Part shown: positions 23,631-35,610 of the stretch, piece after piece
Layout: every line of letters starts with the position of its first letter
How positions within the stretch are numbered: position 1 is the stretch's first letter
Assembly (NCBI RefSeq): GCF_964194155.1
Contig: NC_135892.1
Span: 10,106,001 to 10,170,000 of the forward strand
Length of the DNA stretch: 64,000 nucleotides
Source: Cetorhinus maximus
Taxonomy: Eukaryota
Direction of reading: 5' to 3'
Translations under genes and position numbers: made by a program
Notes under the pieces: model-generated
What the model was told of the DNA's origin: nothing
What the model saw: the letters and a program-made list of their open reading frames with translations, nothing else
Database searches by the model: none

Positions 23631-24443
23631 AGATTCATCACCTTAATTTATATCCATCACTCTTAGTGACAAGGAACATCTGAAAACAATGCATCTCATT
23701 CAGATGTCATTATTTCACTCCCGTTTCCCATCCATAAATCCACGCCAATGATGACAAACATCTTGATTTACAACCATTACCCAGGGCCCATAATAACTAC
23801 CCAGACACACGAATGTTAAAAGCCACCAGGAAAATGTCACGGCTTTGATTGACTACTTTGCCTTGATTTTATTCTGTTCACATTGCACCCTCCATACATT
23901 TGCAAGTGTGAAAGGTTGAGATCCACAATTGCTCTGTTCAACTGGGTATTGGATGAGAATTTTACCCGCCTACTATTAAAACTTCGGTGGAATCCTAGTG
24001 AAATGCTAAATCTCTTAGCAAAAACCTCTTGCCAACCAAGGAGGAATAAGGCAAAAATGTTAAAGTTAATCGTCTTTTTCTTAATCATTCTCAAAAGGAG
24101 AATTGGTTGGCAGAATGGATTAACTTCCTTTTAATGGGTCAATGTCTTCACAAAAATTGTTTCAAAGAGTTTTTCTAAAAGCCAAGTATATGATAGAATG
24201 GTGGAAATCAAGCTGAAATGTTATCATGACATCACTTATGCACAATGCTATCATAAGGTAAATTAATATGCCCTTTCTATCTTCCACAGGTAAAGCATTG
24301 TTTGCAAACTACCTTTTCCTCATGACAGTGGGCAGTTTAACTCAATCAAAACCCATTCACTTGCACAAAGTTAAAATTGGGCTCAGTACCTTTTTATGTT
24401 AGGGACCTGAAGTCAAGTTCAGTCACGATACAAAGAAAGTAAT

Positions 24444-25264
24444 GGTCCATAACTTACATTCCCTGGGGTGTCGAACCTGGGGAGTACCCCAAAGATGTGC
24501 TGGGGAATCTCCCGCTCCAGGAAGTCCCCAAATAAAGATTAACCGGGAAGTTCGGACTTCCGCTGTGCAATTGCCCTTAAAATGAGAACCATTTAAATCA
24601 TAAACTTTGGATGGTTTCAACTATCTTATAGTAATAGCTACCCAGAAAAAGTTGGAAGTGTTAAATTCACTTCTAACCTCTGGGTAACTATAGTACCGAC
24701 CATCACCCCCCACCCCCCAACCCTCCACGGGATTCCCTGACTATACACCACCTCCCCCCCCCCCCCACCCCAAAGTGCCCCCCAACCCCTGACTACCATC
24801 CCAACTCCACGATTACACTCCCACTCCCGCTGACTGCCCTCCCTAATTCCCCCTTCGCCCCCAACCCCAACTACACACCCAACCCTTGTGCCACTGATTA
24901 TCCAACACAACCCCCCCCCACCAACTGATCATCCGACACCATCCCCACCCCACTGACTACCCAACCCCCCCTGCATCCTACCCACTTTCCTTACAAACTT
25001 ACCTTCTCCCTGGCTTCTCAAAGTGACAGAGCCTTCAAACTTGCCTGCTTTACAGCAGCTAGTGTTGTGAAAAAGCAGGTGTGCCTTCCTTACCTCCAAT
25101 TCAGTTGCCCCCAAAATGAGGCCTCGGGAACCCACAGCACTACACTGTTCTCACCCGGCCCAAGTCTGAAGGTCGGGTGAGAAAGGTGCGGCTTCATTTT
25201 AGGGTAAGTAACTAGGAGTGGAGTGGCAATCTGACCCTGTTGCCACTCTACAGAAGTTATAGCC
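24444..25264. mobile_element. MITE family B copy 2
   Basis: Collinear with 12207-13502; TIRs GGTCCATAACTT...AAGTTATAGCC; TSD AAT/AGT; shorter C-rich core. Confidence 0.75.
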
Positions 25265-28109
25265 AGTTTTTTCTGGTAGTTTAAGGAGCCATGTGAAAAC
25301 AAGTTAAAGCATTTTCACCTCAGTTTATGTTGCGATTTGGTCATTGACACAAAACTAGATTGGTTCTTCCACTTCAGCAAACCTTAAATATGGCTGATGG
25401 CGAAAAAGAATAACTCACATTGAAACACTGTAGATGCTCTCATGTAGATTAAGGTCAATGTGTGTTGGTTGGGGCGGAGCAGAAGAAAATTGTTGTACAT
25501 CTGGTCATGTTAAACTGCTCAACACTGACACTGGGTACCAAAGTAGAAAGATGTTCTCTTCCTGATGACAATCTCTTATCTTGGCTAGCACAAAAAATGC
25601 CCAAAAATATTCATTATATCAAATTGATGCTGTCATTTTTCATGCTGAGCAGAATGAGTTGTTAAAAGCACATGTTATAAATCCGTGGCAGCGCTATCCA
25701 GTTTTCTGCTGAGCATCACACAGCAGCAGAGGAGAGCAAGCTGCAGAACATGGCACTCAGCATAAAATTGAACTTTTCTTTTTCAAATGCACCCCTTGAA
25801 TTTATGATTGAAAAGCAGTAAAACACTTCCCAGGGGATTGTAGCAGGGAAGAAGTAAATAGGCATTGCTGAAATGTATGACCTGGCAACCTCACCTTTGA
25901 GTCCACCTGTTGACAGTCAATCCACCCCGATATGTTACTCAGGAGGAAGGGCACTCTTTATTGCTTAACTTGTAACTAATGATTACATGAATGATTCATA
26001 TCAGACTTATGCAGAATAGTGCCGCGCATTCACCACTGATCACAAAATCATATTCAATGAAGTAACTACTGAGGCTATCTCTCTCTAGCATGGTAAAGGA
26101 CAAATGACATTGAAACTGAAATGCTCACAGCTGTAAAGAAAGACTGTTTATGATATTTTTTGGGCTTGCGAACAGAACCCACCTGAGCCAGTCTTTATTC
26201 TTCACAGATGCTCATGTTTGCATTTTCGCCACTTATTTTGGAACTGTGTTAATGAGCATTCTTCTAAAAGTCATAACTCATTTCACCCAGTTTATTTCAA
26301 TAGGACAGCAATTTTCTAACTTCTTTTTCATTTACGCCTTACTTGAGCTCAAACTGCTGATTTTTGTAAAAAGGAACCTGAAGTGTAGATTTTAATGACT
26401 TGGAGGATGTAAGTGGAAGGGCAGACTTAGTGGACAGGAAGAGGGCAGGTTTGAAGGAGTCACTTAACCTAACAATATGAAACATCTAACCTCACACCGT
26501 TGAAATTCAGTGTTATTAGCCCAGCAGATTCAATGCTAGGCTTGTTCGGTGCTCTCAGACTTGCCTGGTGATGTCAATAGCAAGATGTTAATCATCCTTC
26601 CTTGTCGCACCTCAATTTTTCAGAGGGAATACACTCAGTCTTTTTACTTCCTTAGCTGAGGTGCTTCCAGACGGTTTTACTCATTGATGTTAATATGAAA
26701 TAATTCATTTCAGTCTTGCTGTGTTTTTTTCAATTATGCTGGCTTTCACTGCATACGCTATAGAGTAATTTTTTGGAAATTCAGCAAGTGTATATACTTT
26801 AAACCAACACAGACTTATACAGTTGCAGGTTCACATGTATACCACTGCATTTTATTGTCTTTAACCTCTGCAATCATCAGTTGGAGCTGCTTAAGGAAAA
26901 GAGGGAAAAAGACACGATTGATACGAGTATTCTCAGCATGTGCTTGTTTACAAATGGTCTCAATAGATTTCATGATAAGCCTCTATCCACAAATATTGGA
27001 CAACAGTGCAAACTCTAGCGCATGTTTACATACTGTTTCAGTGCAGTCTTTTTAGTATGTGTGGAGTGATTAAAGAGATTGAACTCATGTTTAATGAACA
27101 TCAGCTGTTTAAACATGTATGCTCGAATTTTCTATGGGGATGGCAATATAGGGAGCCTGCAGGTAACATCCCTACGTATGAACAGCTCTTCGTAACAAAC
27201 CCAGCGGCGACAAACCCCCTTCCACATAGATAGCTGTGATTGGGAACCTCTTTCATCTGGATTGGCAAATACAAGAAGAATTTGTTTCTAATCCATCATG
27301 ATAGATTCCATGAATTGATGGAGAAAGTAATCTGCTGAAAATCTGCATGAATCCTTGATCAGTCAGCCCAGGTCAAAGATTTAATGGAGAAGTAAAAGGT
27401 TATTTCAGTGAAACATGGCAATTTATATTTCCCTCTTCGCCGCACTTCATTCTTTGCTGATTCTTAGTCCTTTTCAGACACTTGCCCTTCTGTTGCTTCA
27501 TGGTAACTTTTTTATTGCTCCAGATTTGTTTTCTTTCTAGGGGACTAGGGAAAAATAGATTATTATGCTGTCAGTTTAGAGTTGACAAAGCATCCTTCAG
27601 GTTGATGCTGTGAGCTAGTCGTGTAGATCAAATGTTGCTTTTGAGCCTTGATGCTTCTTCCCCAACACCGATTCTAAGTGCTGTGCTTTTTCCAAGTTAC
27701 CTATGAGGGCAAATAGTGTTTCTACGTAATAATACAAAATAATTTAAATATATTACAATTATTTTGTTCTTAAGTTGATTGAAAGCTTTATCTGATTAGA
27801 CATGGATTGCTTGTAAGTATGTGTTTCCTATCGGTCGTTAAGCTCTTTGCTGCTCTTACAGTAGCGTTTGTCGTTACACCAATCACAGCAAAGGTAGACA
27901 GACTCTGCCATCATTGATACAATAAGTTGCATTATAAAGTTTCTGCAATGGGATCTACGGAGATGTGATTCCATGGGGATCCCTCCTACGGGAGTATTGA
28001 ACCACCCTCCCTCCCCCATTGGTAGCATTGTGACATTTTGCTGAGTTCAGGGCAGCAACAACAACAACCTGCATTTATGTAGCACCTTTAACATATTAAA
28101 TCTCACCCC

Positions 28110-28320
28110 AGTGAGAATGTCACCAGCTGAGACACACCTCAGACATTCCCGAGTTATGGATTTAAGTCCCAGTGCAGGACTTCAACGTAGTCTAGACAGA
28201 GATCCTAGTGAGATCCTGTCTACCTATTTGATTGGACATTAAAGATCCCAGAATAATCTTCACAGAAGAGCAGAGTTGACCGAGTGTTTTGACCAATATA
28301 ATTCCCTCAACCAACACTGG
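28110..28320 (+). mobile_element. Highly diverged SacSINE1-like fragment
   Basis: AAAGATCCCA...CAGAAGAGCAG...CCCTCAACCAACA core. Confidence 0.5.
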
Positions 28321-28689
28321 AACAGAGGGTACGTGGGAAGAAAAATGTGTTTGGCCGAGAATCATGGCGTTCGTAGCAGAAAGTGGGGGACAATTGTCAT
28401 GTGAGTGTAAAAGCTAGTGGGAAGTGCGGACTATAGGTTCATAAGATTGATCCCTGGGATGACAAGTCAACATTTTCAGAGGCAACATAGTGAAAATAAG
28501 GAAACAAGAAAACAAACTGGAAAATGATTCAAAGATCAAATGCCTGCAGTTTGAAACTTAGAAAAAATTCTGTAAGAACCCAAAACAATGTGTCCTATTT
28601 ACTCTTTACCCTTCTTGTTTGCTGCTTATTCTGTTATGAATTAACCGTGGCCGAAACTCTGCAAAATGCAAATTTTGGTGGATAAACTG

Positions 28690-29268
28690 GGGAAGTTATG
28701 CAAAATCGTTTATGAAACACTGGCTAGGCCCCAGTTGTAGTTTTATGTCCAATTCTGTACCTCACTCTTTAGGAAAGATGTCAAGCCTTAGAGAGGGTGC
28801 ACAGAAGATTTACTAAAATGGCACCAAGGATGAGGACTTAGTTATGTGGAGCGACGAGAGTAACCGTCAGTTCTCCTGTCAGTAAGAAAGTTGAAGAGCA
28901 GATTTGATTGAGGTGTTCAAAAGCATGTAGAGTTCCGTTAGAGTAAACAGGGAGACTGTTTCCAGTGGGAAAAGGGTTGGTAAACTGTGGGCACCAGTTT
29001 AATGTGATTGGTAGAAGAGGCGACGTGATGAAAGCAAATGTTTACGCAGCGAGTTGTTGTGATCGGGAATGCACTGCCTTAAAGGGCGGCGGAAGCAGAT
29101 TCAATAACAGCTTCAGAAGGGAATTGGACAAATATTTGAAAGGGTAAAATTTACAGGACGATGGGGAAAGAGCAGGGGGAGTGGGGCTAATTGGAAAGCT
29201 CTTTCAAAGAGCCAGCATCGTCAGAATGAACTAAATAAGCTCCTTCCTGTGCCGTATCATTCTATGAT
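28690..29268 (+). mobile_element. CR1 3' fragment
   Basis: CR1 ORF2 end and ATTCTATGAT tail. Confidence 0.8.
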
Positions 29269-29694
29269 CGAATGAAATCCTAAATGTTAACACCAAGATC
29301 TATTCAAGATCCAAGCAACTTAAGACATGTGTAAACTAATGAGGAACAGCCGTCTTGACATGTGTGGCCACCGAGACCCTGTGTTGTAGCATCTTTGTGC
29401 CTTGTGTGTCAGCTGTGGCTCATTTGGCAGTACTCTCCACTCTGAGTCAGAAGGTTGTGGGTTCAAGTCCCATTCCAGGACTTGAGTGTAAAGGTCTAGG
29501 CTGCCGCTCCAGTGAAGTACTGAGGGAGTGCTGCACTGTCGGAGGTGCTGTCTTCTCGGTGAGATGTTAAACTGAGGCCCCATCTTTGCCTCTCAGGTGG
29601 ATGTAAACACTACTTTGAAGAAGGACAGGAGGAGTTATCGCTGGTGTCCTGGAAAATATTTATCCCTCAGTCGAACATCACAAAGACAGATTAT

Positions 29695-31259
29695 AATAAA
29701 AGCCAAATGCTGCAGATGCTGGAGATCTGAGATAAACAACAGAAAATGCTGAGAAAACTCAGCAGGTCTGGCAGCATCTGTGGAGTTTGAAACCGAGTTA
29801 ATGTTTGGAGTCCAATTTGACTTTTCTTTGGAACTGAAGAGGGGTGGAAATTTGCTGGGTTTTATGCTGTTGATAAAGGGGACAGGGTCAAGTGGAGCAA
29901 AAGGGAAGGTCAGGGATAATTTAGAGGGAGGGGGAAATTAAATTACAAAGATGTCATGGAACAAAAGGCAAAGAGAGTGGTAATGATAGTATTAAAGAAA
30001 CAAAGGATTAGTCCAGTAGGTGTGAACAGCAGAATAAGAGCAGTACTTTATGAAAGTAAAACATGAGAACAAGATACAGACTGGAACTAGGGGGGAAAAA
30101 AATACAAAATGGAGGACAGAGTTCACTGCTATTCATTACAAGCCCAATGAATCCCACAGCTACCTCAACTACACTTCCACACACCCTGCTTTGTAAGGAA
30201 TCCATTCTGTTCTTCCAGTTTCTCTGTCTCCGCTGCAACTGTCCTGATGATGCTGCCTTCCACAACGGCACTTCCAACATGTCTTCACTTTCCATTCCAC
30301 CAGCCTCCACATCCAAGGGATTATCCTCCTCCATTTCTGCCAACTCCACCAAATGCATTTTCCCTTAATCTTCCCTGTGAGCATTCCGGAGGGGCTATAC
30401 CCTCCGCGACACCCTGGTCCACTCATCTATCACCCCCAATATTTCATCCCTTTCTCACTGCACCTTCCCGTGCAATCACAAAAGTGCAACATCTGCCCCT
30501 TTACCTCCTTCCTCACCATTCAAGGCCCCAAACACGCCTTCCAGGTGAAGCAGTGAATTACATATACATCGTTCAACTTATTCTACTGTGTTCGTTGCTC
30601 ACAATGCAATCTCCTCTACATTGTGGAGACCAAATGCAGACTGGGTGACCATTTTGGAGAATGCCCCCACTCAATTGCAAGCATGACCCAACCTTCCGGT
30701 CGCTTGCCATTTCAATTCACCATCTTGCTCTCACACTCACATTTCTGTCCTCAGCCTGCTGCAGTGTTCCAGCGAAGCCCAACGCAAGCTTGAGGGACAG
30801 CACCTCATCTTCTGATTAGGCACTTTACAGCCTTTTGAATTCAGCATTGAGTTCAACAACTTCAGACCATGAACTATGTCCTCCATATTGTAATTTGTTT
30901 CCTCTAGTGCCAGTATATATCTTGTTCTCATGTTTCGCTTTCAGGCACATTTACTCTGCTATTAACACTTACTCTGGATCAATGCTTTGTTCCTTTGCTT
31001 CTACCATTCCCACTCTCTTTGCCTTTTGTTCCATGACATCTTTGTCATTTAACCTCCCCTGCCCTATAACCTATCCCTGACCTTCCCTTTTGCTCCGCCC
31101 GTCCATGGTCTCTTTTTCAACATCATAAAACCCATCACATTTCTACCTGCATTCAGTTCTGAGGAAGAGTTATATTGGGACTCGAAACATTAACTCTGTT
31201 TCTCCCTCCACAGATGCTACGAAACTTGCTGCATTTGTCCAGCACTTTCTGTTTTTATT
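29695..31259 (+). mobile_element. Penelope-like retroelement, 5'-truncated with inverted terminal repeat
   Basis: RT C-terminal remnant (CKESILFFQFLCLRCNC) and GIY-YIG remnant (LFYCVRCSQCNLLYIVETK); 29695-30120 is an inverted copy of about 30880-31259; 15-bp TSD with one mismatch. Confidence 0.85.
31155..31195 (+). ncRNA. Minimal type I hammerhead ribozyme motif (probably decayed)
   Basis: AGTT-CTGAGGA-A-GAGT(loop)ACTC-GAAAC-ATT-AACT: stem I, CUGANGA core, stem II, GAAA; G>A change at the cleavage triplet relative to sister copies (GAAACGTTAACT). Confidence 0.7.
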
Positions 31260-32270
31260 ACAAAGATAGATTATGTGGTCATTATCACATTGCTGTTTTT
31301 GGGAGCTTGCTATGGGGGAGTTGAAATTGACTACAATGTTTCCTACATTACAGCAATGACTATACTTCAAAAATTACTTCACTGACTGTAAAGCATTTTG
31401 AGACATCCTGTGACCATCGATAAAGACAAAATCTTGGACAGCTCGATGCAATGAGCATTAAAATTAATTATTTAGGGGGAGGCGTCAAAATTTATCATTC
31501 TTGCTCAAATTATATATATTTTTTATTAAAGTATTAAAAAATCCACAAACTTGGGACGCTATGTGGCATGAAACAAGTAGCACATGTATACAATCATAAA
31601 TGGTACGGAGATCAAAGAAAAATACCATAGAACAGGAACTTCTGGCTCATTCAACAAAATTTCCGACATGGTTGTTAACAAGCGATCAAACGCCTGGAGG
31701 TAAAAATGTTTAAAACCTTATGTTTGCTGCGAAGAATTGGCCAGAAAAGCGCAGGTAAAATACTGGGCAAAGGAGTATATTTGTGCATGGAAGACTCAAA
31801 TTATATTTGCAGTATTTTCCTCTCAAAAACAGATGAGGTTAGGCCTGGAGTGAAAAATTTCTAAGAAATGATGATTAAAGCAAAGTCACAAGGTACAATG
31901 TGTTTTTTTTGTTAGGCCCGCAGGAGTTTGATGAACTTGCATGACACGCTTCATCCAGCCAGGTGGCCAATTGTACAACCATACTGGTGTACTTTTGTTG
32001 TTCTTCGCTTTCACCTGTCATCTCATAGCATGTTGACATTTTACAGAGAGTAGCAGACCTTTGAAGCTAGTGTATTCTGGTCAAGAACCTTGTGGAGAGA
32101 TGCTGCAGTTGATGCTGTCCTCCCCACTGTCTAATCTGTTTGTCACATTCAATGTAAATATTAACCACACAAAATTCCTCAGTCCTTTATTTTTACTAAT
32201 GATTTGTGATGGCTCTATTTTGAAAAAAACCCACTTCCACTTATTTCATAATAAATCCTGAATACATCAT

Positions 32271-32945
32271 GGATGAGGGACTTAGTTACATGGAGCAACA
32301 AGAATAGCGGCTGGTTTTCTCCTTGAACTAAAGAAGTTGAAGGGCAGATTTGATTGAGGTGTTAAAAAGCATGTAGAGTCCTGTTTGAATAAACAAGGAG
32401 ACTGTTTCCAGTGGGAGAAGGGTTGGTAAGCTGTGGATACCAATGTAATATGATTGGCAGAAGAAGCGACAGGAGGCGACGTGATGAAAGCAAATGTTTA
32501 TGCAGCAAGTTGTTGTGATCGGGAATGCACTGCCTCAAAGGGCAGCAGAAGCAGATTCAGTAACAACTTTCAGAAGGGAATTGGACAAGTACCTGAAGGG
32601 GTAACATTTATAGGACGATGGGGAAAGAACAGAGGGAGCTGGACTAATTAGAAAGCTCTTTCAAAGAGCCAGCACAGTCAGAATGAACTGAATAAGCCAC
32701 ATTCAGTGCTGTATCATTCTATAATCGAATGAAATCCTAAATGTGAACACTGAGATCTGTTTAAGATCCCAGCAGCTTAAGATGTGTGTAAATTATGAAG
32801 AAGAGATTTTGACTTGTGTGGCCACCCAGGCCCTATGTTATGCATCAATGTGGCTTGTGCGTCAGCTGTGGCTCAGTTGGCAGTACTCTCCTCTCTGAGT
32901 CAGGAGGTTGTGGGTTCATGTCCCACTCCAAGTCTTGAGCACAAA
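32271..32945 (+). repeat. Diverged local duplicate of 28828-29490 (CR1 3' end, spacer, SINE head)
   Basis: Similarity extends past the CR1 tail through the non-repeat spacer into the SINE head. Confidence 0.85.
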
Positions 32946-33442
32946 GATCCAACTCTTCTCCCCACATTACCTGTGTAATCTTATTCACATTTTTGACATA
33001 GAGGTTGTGCCCATTTTTGGGTGTAAATAGGTGTACAGCGTATTATTATAGCATTGCCTTCCAGCTCATCACAACCCCCTACGTGAAAAAAGACAATTTT
33101 TTCATTTTGCCTCAGGTTATTTTACCAGTCACCTTGAATGCATGTTCTCTGATTACTGACCCTTCTATCACTGGAAACAGTTGCACATTTTCTCGAACAT
33201 TCTCACTGTCCCGAGGGCTAGTCTGTTATCTATAGGTGTATGGACACAGAATCAGTGCCAGTGCTCTGTACCTATCTATGAGAGTCACCCGTTGAAGGCC
33301 TGAGAACTCAGTCCTACTGCCAGTACTGGAGCTGTCCATCTTCTGAAGTCACCTCTCATGCAGCATCTTCAGGAACTGATGGCCTGTTTTCTCTTATTAA
33401 ACCACTTGTAAACATGAAGCCGTACCACTTCCCTTTCAGATG

Positions 33443-33815
33443 TTGCTCAGTTGGTCGCACTCTCGCCTCTGAGTCACCCCAGGTTCAAGTCCCACTTCAG
33501 GACATGGGGCACAGAAATCAAGGCTGGCACTCCAGAGCAGCACTGAAGCTGTACTGTACTGTCTTTCAGATGTGCTGTTAAACTAGGCCCATCTGTCTGT
33601 TCGGGTGGATGTAAAAGATCCCTTGGCACTATTTTGAAGAAGAGCAGGGGAATTATCCCCGGTGTCCTGGCCAATATTTATCCTCAATAAATATTATCTG
33701 GTCATTTTCACATTGCTGTTTGTGGGAACTTGCTGAAGCAAATTGGCTGCTGTGTTTCCTACATTACAACAGGGTCTACACTTCAAAAGTATTTAATTGG
33801 TTGTAAAGTGACATC
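33443..33815 (+). mobile_element. SacSINE1-like SINE
   Basis: A/B boxes, GTAAAAGATCCC core. Confidence 0.8.
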
Positions 33816-34179
33816 CAGTGGTCTTTTTATTCTCTGTATCCCTTCTTTCCCAAGTATTTGTATCCTTTACAAAGCCATTTTGTATTTCTAGTTTGTTTTG
33901 GCATATTTTCCACATGTTTAATGTATTTTCTATAAATTATACTAACTCTGTCACAACTTGAAAGGACTGTCTTTGCACAAGTGTATGGGCTTTTCTGCTT
34001 GTGAAGCTGCTTTTGTGCTCACTCTTACTTAATTCAGAAAAGATTAGCGGCCAATTCTGCTACCAATGTAAAGGAGATGGATTTTGTTTCATGGATGTCA
34101 GTCTTCTAGAATCTAAATGAAATGGCACAGGTATGAAAACAGCTTAATAGGTCATTGGCACACTCCTTACTTGGGCCTT

Positions 34180-34660
34180 ATAGATGGATGAGTGCAGCTC
34201 CAAGAACACTCAAGAAACTTAATGCCACCCAGAACAAAGTAGCCCACTTGACTGGCACCCCATCTACAAACATTCACTCCCTCCACCACCAATGCATAGT
34301 GGCAGCAGTGTGTACCATCTACAAGATGCACTGCAGAAACTCACCAAGGCTCCTGAAGAAACACCTTCGAAACCCATGTCTGCTACCATCTAGAAGGACA
34401 AGGGCAGCAGAGACATGGGAACACCACCACCTGGAAGTTCCCCTCCAAGCCACACACCATACTGACTTGGAAATATATCGCCGTTCCTTCACTCTTGCTG
34501 GGTCAAAATCCTGGAACTCTCCCCAACAGCACTGTGGGTGTACCTACTCTACATGGACAGCAGCAGTTCAAGAAGGCAGCTCACCACCACCTTCTCAAGG
34601 CAATTAGGGATGGCCAATAAATGCTGGCCTAGCCAGCGACGCCCACATCCCGTAAATGAA
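34180..34660 (+). mobile_element. LINE-B 3' fragment with tail
   Basis: WMSAAPRTLKKL..TQNKVAHL...NIHSLHH...YKMHC; tail GCCAGCGACGCCCACATCCC. Confidence 0.8.
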
Positions 34661-34674
34661 TTTTTTTTTTAAAA

Positions 34675-35010
34675 GTGGAAAGTATTCCATTGCACTCTTG
34701 ACTTGTGCCTTGTAGATGGTGGACAGGTTTTGGGGAGCCAGGAGGTGAGTTACTCTGACCTGTTCTTGTAGCCACAGTATTTATGTGGCTAGTCCAGTTC
34801 AGTGCTGTTAGGAAGAGGGTTCCATCAACAGTGAAGGAATGATGATATATTTCCATGTCAGGTTGGTGAGTGGCTTGGAGGGGAACTTGCAAGTGGTGGT
34901 GTCCCATGCGCCTGCTGCCCTTATATAGGCGGGTGAGATCGCAGGTTTGGGAGGTGCAGTCGAAGGAGCCATGGTGAGTTGCTGCAGTGCACCTTGGATA
35001 TGGTCCACAC
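34675..35010 (-). mobile_element. LINE-B rearranged fragments
   Basis: LNWTSHINTVA motif; similar to 57200-57700. Confidence 0.7.
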
Positions 35011-35187
35011 TGATAAGGTGAGATGAAGCAAGGTAGGAGGAGGATTGTATTTTGTCATGTTTTGTTTTATAGTTCCCCTGTGAAGCACCTTGTGTTGTTT
35101 TATTGTGTCAAAAGGTGCTATATAAATGCAAGTAGTTGTTGTATGAAATATAACTCCCAGCACAGAGCAGTTGGACTAAACAGCCTA

Positions 35188-35610
35188 GTGTCAGCTGTGA
35201 CTCAGATGGTAGCACTTTTGCCTCAGAGTCAGAAGGTTGTTAGTTCAAGTCCTACTCCAGAGACTTGAATATAGAAATCCAGGCTGACACTCCCAGAGCA
35301 GGTTTGAGGGAATGCTACACAGTCAGATGTGCCCTCTTTTGGATGAGACATTAAACCAAGGCTCCACTTCCTCTGTGAAGTGAACGTAAAAGATCCCATG
35401 ACACTATCTTGAAAAAGATCAGGGGACTTACCCCTGGTGTCCTAGTCAATATTTATCCCTTAGTCAACATCACTGAAAAAAATCAGATTGTGTCATTTTC
35501 AGTTGCTGTTAATGGGATCTTGCTGTGTGTAAGTTTGGTGTTGTATCTCATACATTTCAGTACTGACAACACTTCAAAAGTACTTCAGTGGCTGTAAGGC
35601 ACTTTGGGAA
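35188..35610 (+). mobile_element. SacSINE1-like SINE
   Basis: Head GTGTCAGCTGTGACTCAG, core GTAAAAGATCCCATG. Confidence 0.8.

Larger units (their letters stand above)
29406..31410 (+). mobile_element. SacSINE1-like SINE split by a Penelope-like element (29406-29694 and 31260-31410)
   Basis: SINE sequence resumes after the duplicated ACAAAGA(C/T)AGATTAT. Confidence 0.8.
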
